Shown here in pieces: positions 23,929 through 30,450 of a DNA stretch of 30,450 nucleotides. The first letter of the stretch is position 1. Every line of letters starts with the position of its first letter. A program made the translations under genes and the position numbers. Source of the DNA: Candidatus Kapaibacterium sp. (GTDB lineage Bacteria > Bacteroidota > Ignavibacteria > Kapaibacteriales > UBA2268). The stretch is taken from contig CALHRB010000339.1 in the NCBI GenBank assembly GCA_938038165.1, positions 1-30,450 of the forward strand. Reading direction: 5' to 3'. A model generated the notes under the pieces. That model was not told the origin of the DNA, made no database searches, and was given only the letters and a program-made list of their open reading frames with translations.

Positions 23929-26878
23929 TTATTTTCCTACAAAAACAGGATAGATTTCTCTGGTTCCATTTGATAATTCAAGACTGAGGTAATACAAACC
24001 GTTAGCAACTAATTTTCCGTTCAGATTTTCGCCGTTCCATCTGTCGCAATAGGTTATATTGGGCAATCTGGAAATGCTTTTTACAGGTTCAGCAACCAAT
24101 CTGTTGTTTTGATCATAAATTTTGATGCTGACGTTGCTCTCGTTTTTCAGAACGTAAACAATTTCCAGCTCTTCTACTGGAGGTTTGAAAGGATTTGGTG
24201 CGACAAGGGTAATAAATTTAGGTTTTGAATTCAATATTGTTGTGTCTTTTTGCATACAAGAATTTTCACAACAAAATCTAAACATTAAATCATCCGGGTA
24301 ATCGCTACGAGCTTGCCAAACATATCTCTCTTCGGATATATCAATTTTAGCAATTTTCCTAAAGCTTGCTCCATAATCATCTGAAACAAGAATGGTCAAG
24401 CTGTCACAAGGGTGATTAATTGACTCTGTGTCCCAATAAAATGTGAAATTACAACACGCTGAATTATTTTGCTCCAATTTAATAGGAAACTGTGAAGGTA
24501 GAATTAATGAGGCAATAGTATCAGAGAATATCGTAAATTTATAACTGCTTGCTTTAATTCTAATGTATATGTTATTATTTTTACCATTTGCAACAATCAA
24601 AGATATTGAGGCAGGGAATAGTTATTACATTTTGAAATAAACCGTCGGATTCAAATGATAAACTTTGTAACTCAATCCAATTAACATTATCTATTGAATA
24701 TTCAATTTTTGCTGAGTCCAAACACTTGTGTGTTCCATTGAGCATCAGAGACTGTCCTGAAATCAATGGCTTCCCATCAAGGTTGTTTAAATTTACATAG
24801 GGTTGTGAGAATTTTAACAAAGCTGATGAATCATTAATAATTGCAGGATGATCTGTCCTGAAGACAATAAATTTTCCCTCTTTACCGATAACTTTTTCAT
24901 CAATGGTATAATTAAACGTTTTGAAATCATCTGAATTTGAAATATTTTCTGCAATTCTTATCAAATCATTAATTGGTTGTTTATTTTTGTACTCTTGGAA
25001 CCCAATGCTGACATTACCATAATTTCTAAATATATTTTTCCATTTAATTTGAATTGTTTCACCGGGGCAATATTCTTTTGGAGGATCAGATTGAATCTTA
25101 GGATCAATTAATTCAATAGTGTTGAAATTGATAGAACCTATTAAGTATATTTTATTGAATGTTGTAACAATCAAATCGTTCAATCCATCGCCTTCAAGGT
25201 CTGCAATTGCCACATCTGAAATTGTTTCGTTTGGAAATGTATGAGAGAATAGAATTGAAAATGGCTTTCCAGAACGGAAATCATTGCTGAAATAATCATT
25301 CATCCTCAAAATTTTAAGATTTGAACCATCAACTATGACAATTTCATCCTTATTGTCGGGTGCTCCATCCAAATCGTTCACAACTGCCACCCAACCATTT
25401 ATTTTCTGAGTCGCAATTGTGTCGAATGGTAGTAGATACGAATCCGGAGGTGTTGTTTTTGGGATTTTATTCTGACTGTTATATCTCAGGACCATAAGTT
25501 TGTTTCCAGCTACTGAAAGCTTTTGAGAGCTATGGGTAACAATCAGTTCGTTACCGGGATTGTTAGGATAATAAGGCAACCAGCTATTATTTGATTTTCC
25601 GTCAACATTACCTGTGGCAACAGACCAATAATGATTTTTAAAACCCACGTAAGGCGGGTTTGTGTTTTGGGGTTTATAAGAATTTGTGATAATATTTCCA
25701 CGGGAGTCGCAAAGGTAAATTTTGGGGACTCCCACCGAGCCGTCGAGACCAGTGTATTCTTCAGCCAACAAAATAAAGCTGCTATCAGCATAATTTGCCT
25801 GGTCTTTAATATTAAGAAAATATGTTCTTATTTGAGGTCTTGATGATGAGGTATCTAATAAATAGCTAATGTCTTTTGGACCAATATCTCTGCCAATTTT
25901 TGCTCCAGAAATATCAGCCGAAATTATGTAGGGTTTATTGGTTGAGGTTGAATCATTCAATAATATCTTGTTGCCTACTTTTTCGATTATATCCTCCGAG
26001 GGAAAATTAGGGAACAATAATGAGGTTTTTATGTTTGCAATATTAGCCATCGAGGGTGATTCAAAATTTACTTCGGGACCAAGCAAAAACCTTGTTGTGG
26101 TATCATCGCCAACATCGGGCATGGGATAATTATATAACTCTAAACCGGTATTGAATTGAAGCAGTCCTCTCAGGAATTTATTTTCTGGAGGAGGAATAAA
26201 GTTTAAATCTGGTTTAGACATATTAACAATAGTGTAAACATTCAAATTGGAACCGATTTTTTTCCCGAAAATTGGCTTCAAGCTTGCAAATGTATTTGGT
26301 TTATATTTTCTTAAATCTACAGCCAGTCGTCTGATAATAGCTACTGAGTCGGCAAATTGATCAAAGCCAGCCACATAACAATACACAAGCGAATCCCTAG
26401 TGTTTTCAAATTCCATTGTTTCAATCCCAAGCACAATTGGAGCAGTTACTTCATAATTCAAGCCAAAGGAAAGAGTATCGAAAAGGACAGAGATGTCTTT
26501 GATATAAGGTATTGGAAATGAATTCTCAATTCTTTCGCGTCCAGTAGCATCAACAACAAAAATCTTTCCTGATACGACAGCAGTAATTTCATTTGGTGCG
26601 TAGAAAAATTTAGAATCTAATTTTGGATTATTAATAACATTGCCGATTAATGGTTTCACATTGCCGTGAATTTTTGAATTTGCCCACTTGATTTTGAATT
26701 GACTCAAATTCTGATTCTTTGAAGGGTAAATTTGTTGTTTTGTAGCTTGAGGATTATGTTCGGGATAAAGCCTGTTCGCAGGGCTTGAATGAAATATCTG
26801 AGCATATCCATTAAAGTTAAAAATAAACAATAAAATTCCCAAAATAAATTGATAGTATGGATTTATGTTTTTTGTCAT
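23929..26878 (-). pseudogene. Secreted FG-GAP/VCBS-repeat protein with FlgD-like CTD, split by one frameshift near 24581-24621 (track ORFs 24581-26926 and 23929-24600)
   Basis: The upstream ORF has a signal peptide from ATG 26878 (MTKNINPYYQFILGILLFIFNFNGYAQ) and FG-GAP motifs (ATGNVDG, VNDLDG...DEIVI, IADLEGDGLNDLIV) but no CTD. The downstream ORF has the CTD but no signal peptide or SD. Removing 1 nt fuses them into ~982 aa. May be a sequencing error rather than a true pseudogene. Confidence 0.7.
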
Positions 26879-27103
26879 ATTCGAATAAACACAATTATGA
26901 ACAAATTCAACTCTATAAATTAGCATAAATTATACCAAAAAAGGAAAATAATAGGCATTAAAATTTCTATTTCATTCAGCAGGAATGTCAGGCAATAAAA
27001 TAAATTTGAATTCTTTAAATTTAAGAGCTAATTTGGCGATAAATAAAACAATAAAAAATTGTAATTTGAAAAAAAATTCATTCATTATCTCAAAAAAAGA
27101 ATT

Positions 27104-28063
27104 ATGAAAAGAATTGCTGTATTAACGAGCGGTGGCGATGCACCTGGTATGAATGCAAACGTTAGAGCCGTTGTCAGAACAGGTAGGCACTTCGGCTTAG
27201 AAGTATTTGGTGTTATTGGCGGTTATGCAGGATTGATTGAAGGAAAATTTATCACACTCGACACACCTCAAACTGCAAACATAATCGCAAAAGGTGGCAC
27301 TATTCTGAAAACAAGTCGTTCCAAGGAGTTTATGCAACCCGGCGGAAGAATGGCTGCAATAAATAAGCTCAAAAATGCTGGAATCGAAGCTTTGGTTGCC
27401 TGTGGAGGTGACGGAACTTTTCGCGGGGCACACGCTCTTTGGCTTGAGCATAAATTTCCTATTGTTGGAACGCCGGGTACTATTGATAATGATTTATTCG
27501 GTACTGATTACACTATCGGATACGACACTGCCATAAATACTTGTGCCGAGGCTATTGATAAAATTCGGGATACAGCCGAATCACACGGCAGAGTTTTCAT
27601 TATTGAGGTTATGGGTCGCCATGCCGGTTTTATTGCCATGGATGTTGGTGTTTCTTGTGGAGCTGAGTTTATTGCTGTTCCTGAGACCGTAACCAATACA
27701 GATATTCTTTATCAAAGAATTTTGGAAAACGGAAAAAATAAAAGAACCATCGTAATTGTTGGAGAAGGCGATGAACTTGGGGATGCTCAACAATTAAGCC
27801 TTTTACTGAAAGAAAAGTATGATATTTCTTCGCATGTTACTATTCTTGGGCATATTCAGCGTGGGGGTAGTCCAACCGTAAGAGATAGAGTTCTGGCAAG
27901 CAGACTTGGTGTTGAAGCCGTCAAGGCTCTTTTAAACGGGAAAACCGATGTTATGGTTGGGGAAATAAATCATCAGATTGTATATACTCCATTCGAGGAA
28001 ACATGGATGCGAAGGAAACCACTAAGAGAATATCTGATTGAGCTTTCTGATATACTTGTTTGA
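27104..28063 (+). CDS. pfkA: ATP-dependent 6-phosphofructokinase
   Basis: LTSGGDAPGMNA, GGTILKTSR, GGDGTFRGA, PGTIDND, IGYDTA, EVMGRHAG, LGHIQRGG. Confidence 0.97.
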   Translation: MKRIAVLTSGGDAPGMNANVRAVVRTGRHFGLEVFGVIGGYAGLIEGKFITLDTPQTANIIAKGGTILKTSRSKEFMQPGGRMAAINKLKNAGIEALVACGGDGTFRGAHALWLEHKFPIVGTPGTIDNDLFGTDYTIGYDTAINTCAEAIDKIRDTAESHGRVFIIEVMGRHAGFIAMDVGVSCGAEFIAVPETVTNTDILYQRILENGKNKRTIVIVGEGDELGDAQQLSLLLKEKYDISSHVTILGHIQRGGSPTVRDRVLASRLGVEAVKALLNGKTDVMVGEINHQIVYTPFEETWMRRKPLREYLIELSDILV

Positions 28064-28232
28064 TTTAAATAATTCCAAATAAGTTAGAAAAATGAGGTTA
28101 AAATTCTGATTACAGTCGAAAGTCAAAAAGATTTGAGCAAACAGATATAATATCATATTTAATATATGTGGATCACTCAACCACCGCTAGGCGGGGTATC
28201 GATAAAAATATTTATTATTGAATAATTCAGAT

Positions 28233-30065
28233 TTATTCAACAGTAACGCTTTTAGCAAGATTTCTTGGCTGGTCAACATTACAACCAAGCTCAACAGCTA
28301 TATAATAGGCTAACAATTGAAGAGGAATAACAGACAAAATAGGCGTTAGCATAGGTATTGTTTCAGGAATATAAATAACATGGTTTGCGTATTGTTTTAT
28401 TTGTTCGTCGCCTTCGGTGGCAATAGCTATAACTTTGCCTTTTCTGGCTTTTACTTCTTCGATATTAGAAATAACTTTGTCATAGATTTCATCTTTGGTT
28501 GCAATAAATACAACTGGCATATTTTCATCAATAAGAGCTATCGGTCCGTGCTTCATTTCAGCAGCAGGATAGCCCTCGGCATGAATATATGAAATTTCTT
28601 TTAATTTAAGAGCACCCTCCAGAGCAACAGGGAAGTTATAACCACGTCCAAGATAAAGGAAATTTCTGGCATTGCAATATTCTTTTGCAATAGCTTTTAT
28701 ATCATCAGCAGTTTTAAGAACTTCTTCAATTTTTTTGGGTAACTCACTGAGTGCTTGAGTTAATTTCAATCCGTCCGGCAAAGAAATACCTCTCATCCTT
28801 CCAATATAAATAGCTATCAAAATGAGAACTGTCAGCTGAGAAGTAAAAGCTTTTGTTGAAGCAACTCCAATTTCAGGTCCAGCGTGTATATAGACACCAG
28901 CATCAGTATCTCGGGCAATTGAACTTCCAACTACATTGACAACACCAAGAACTGTTGCTGATTTCTTTTTTGCTTCTCTTAAAGCAGCAAGAGTGTCGGC
29001 TGTTTCACCACTTTGGGATATTGCAATTACAACATCATCAGGATAAATTACGGGATTTCGGTACCTGAATTCTGAGGCATATTCAACTTCTACTGAAATG
29101 TTACAAAGGTTTTCAATTATATATTCACCCACAAGAGCAGAGTGCCAAGAGGTTCCACAAGCAGTAAAAATGATTCTTTTTGCATTTTTTAAAACCTCAG
29201 CAACAGACCTAAGACCACCGAGTCTGACTGTACCCTCGTTGACCTGCAGTCGTCCCCTGAAAGCATCCTGAACTGTTTGAGCTTGTTCGAAAATCTCTTT
29301 CAGCATGAAATGTTCAAAACCGCCTTTTTCAATTTGACTGATTTCAAAATCAATGTGATGAATTTGGTTGTCAGTAATCTGATTGTCTATTGTTTTAGTT
29401 TGAATTCCGTTATAGGAAAGTGTTATCATTTCATTATCAGAGAGGTAAATAACGTTTCTGGTGTGCTTAATGATTGCAGATGTGTCAGAAGCAAGGATGT
29501 ATTCATTTTCACCAACGCCACAAACCATTGGACTTCCACGTCTTGCTGCAATCATTTTATCAGGCTCATAAGATGACAAAACGACAAGACCAAAAGTGCC
29601 GTCCACCTCCGAAAGAGCCAATCTGACAGCTTCTTCCAAATCTTTTACTTTATTATAAATATAGCCAATGAAAACTGCTAAAATTTCTGAATCAGTATCG
29701 GAGCGAAAAAAATATCCCTTATCCGTCAAAGTCTTTTTTATTGCTTTATAATTTTCGATGATACCGTTATGAACGATAACTATATTGCCTGAGTTATCAG
29801 AATGAGGATGGGCATTTTTGTCGTTAGGCTCACCATGTGTTGCCCATCTGGTATGTGCAATACCAATATTTGACTTTAATTCAATTCCATCAAGAATTTT
29901 TTTTAAGTCAGAAACCTTACCGGCTTTTTTTCTGGTGAATAATTGATTGTTTTCAATAACTGTTATTCCAGCTGAATCATACCCTCTGTATTCAAGTCGT
30001 TCAAGACCATCAATCAGAACGTTAATTGCTTTTTGTCTTCCAATGTATCCTACAATTCCACACAT
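28233..30065 (-). CDS. glmS: Glutamine--fructose-6-phosphate transaminase (isomerizing)
   Basis: MCGIVG, LEYRGYDSAG, HTRWATHG, ISQSGETADT, GVASTKAFTSQL, ALKLKEISYIHAE, VDQPRNLAKSVTVE. Confidence 0.99.
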   Translation of the reverse strand: MCGIVGYIGRQKAINVLIDGLERLEYRGYDSAGITVIENNQLFTRKKAGKVSDLKKILDGIELKSNIGIAHTRWATHGEPNDKNAHPHSDNSGNIVIVHNGIIENYKAIKKTLTDKGYFFRSDTDSEILAVFIGYIYNKVKDLEEAVRLALSEVDGTFGLVVLSSYEPDKMIAARRGSPMVCGVGENEYILASDTSAIIKHTRNVIYLSDNEMITLSYNGIQTKTIDNQITDNQIHHIDFEISQIEKGGFEHFMLKEIFEQAQTVQDAFRGRLQVNEGTVRLGGLRSVAEVLKNAKRIIFTACGTSWHSALVGEYIIENLCNISVEVEYASEFRYRNPVIYPDDVVIAISQSGETADTLAALREAKKKSATVLGVVNVVGSSIARDTDAGVYIHAGPEIGVASTKAFTSQLTVLILIAIYIGRMRGISLPDGLKLTQALSELPKKIEEVLKTADDIKAIAKEYCNARNFLYLGRGYNFPVALEGALKLKEISYIHAEGYPAAEMKHGPIALIDENMPVVFIATKDEIYDKVISNIEEVKARKGKVIAIATEGDEQIKQYANHVIYIPETIPMLTPILSVIPLQLLAYYIAVELGCNVDQPRNLAKSVTVE

Positions 30066-30133
30066 TTGTATTTTTATTTTAACGGAAATAAGTAAATTGA
30101 GTTTTACGAAATAGTAATTTTATTAGTTTAAAA

Positions 30134-30450
30134 ATGCTCAAATTGTCAAGTCATTTTCCGGCAGTCAGGATTCTACTTCTTTGTTCTTTTGGTTTTTTCT
30201 TGGCTTCAGTTTATGACATTCCTTCAAAAAACATTTTTTATTTTTTAATTGGCGGTATGATTTCCGGTTTAATCCTTTTTTATTATCGACAAAATTTTTT
30301 TGCTCTGTTAATCTTTTGTTTTTCAATTGGTTTATGGTTTTCTCACCAAACTGCAATTTTGAGATTAAATGTCCCAAATAAAATTATCGGAGAATTCCCT
30401 GCAATCTTTGAAGGTAGGATAACCCAGGTTTTAAAACTTGACAAAAATTT
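30134..30450 (+). CDS. Probable ComEC/Rec2 competence protein, N-terminal part (runs off window); absent from the ORF track
   Basis: Hand translation from ATG 30134 is open to the window end: MLKLSSHFPAVRILLLCSFGFFLASVYDIPSKNIFYFLIGGMISGLILFYYRQNFFALLIFCFSIGLWFSHQTAILRLNVPNKIIGEFPAIFEGRITQVLKLDKN. The three TM helices followed by a G-x-I/V OB-fold start resemble ComEC/DUF4131 N-termini. Confidence 0.6.
   Translation, partial: MLKLSSHFPAVRILLLCSFGFFLASVYDIPSKNIFYFLIGGMISGLILFYYRQNFFALLIFCFSIGLWFSHQTAILRLNVPNKIIGEFPAIFEGRITQVLKLDKN

Noticed and set aside
26879-26926. Track start at 26926 for the FG-GAP protein
   Set aside because: The signal peptide begins at Met 26878; the 16-aa extension has no SD or signal features.
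1866-29576. Numerous 60-150 aa nested or antisense ORFs in the track (for example 2340-2705, 5992-6405, 10824-11225, 18140-18583, 29277-29576)
   Set aside because: All lie within longer, motif-supported genes and show no independent SD, domain or compositional support.
30066-30200. glmS ribozyme upstream of glmS
   Set aside because: The leader is 68 nt of AT-rich sequence before a divergent CDS, with no ribozyme core or GC-rich helices.
30165-30377. 70-aa Lys/Asn-rich minus-strand ORF
   Set aside because: It is the antisense shadow of the hydrophobic comEC-like frame on the + strand.
1-30450. CRISPR array, tRNA, rRNA, transposase, integrase, prophage or defence genes
   Set aside because: No regularly spaced repeats, cloverleaf-like or long GC-rich RNA segments, or matching protein motifs were seen; intergenic gaps are short and AT-rich.

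Overview
AT-rich bacterial chromosomal window. Its signatures point to the Bacteroidota-Chlorobiota-Ignavibacteriota/Kapabacteria group: T9SS-like and FlgD-like C-terminal sorting domains, a PVELTSF motif, Bacteroidota-type L33, a TTTG-N19-TAnnTTTG promoter, and clear Shine-Dalgarno sites. The taxonomy is inferred, not proven. Housekeeping genes are a partial MATE transporter, riboflavin synthase, anmK, an OPT transporter, an M20 dipeptidase, rpmG, a MazG-like protein, an OmpR-family regulator, pfkA, glmS and a partial comEC-like gene. These are interleaved with six secreted surface-protein loci. The ORF track misses rpmG (22552-22731) and the comEC-like 5' end (30134->30450). Best leads: (1) a sigma54-promoted 113-aa orphan ending in a flagellin-like C-terminal motif; (2) a tandem array of three paralogous secreted proteins sharing an unnamed ~240-aa domain plus ASH/choice-of-anchor-D repeats; (3) a co-oriented dipeptidase-OPT-anmK run that may be an AmpG-independent peptidoglycan salvage module, with a ~100-aa insertion in the OPT; (4) a 563-aa atypical SDR lacking the catalytic Tyr; (5) a 1562-aa NIDO-like surface protein; (6) a ~982-aa FG-GAP protein split by a single frameshift. 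No rRNA, tRNA, CRISPR array, transposase, integrase or reverse transcriptase was seen. All family calls come from motif recognition by eye; no database search was run.
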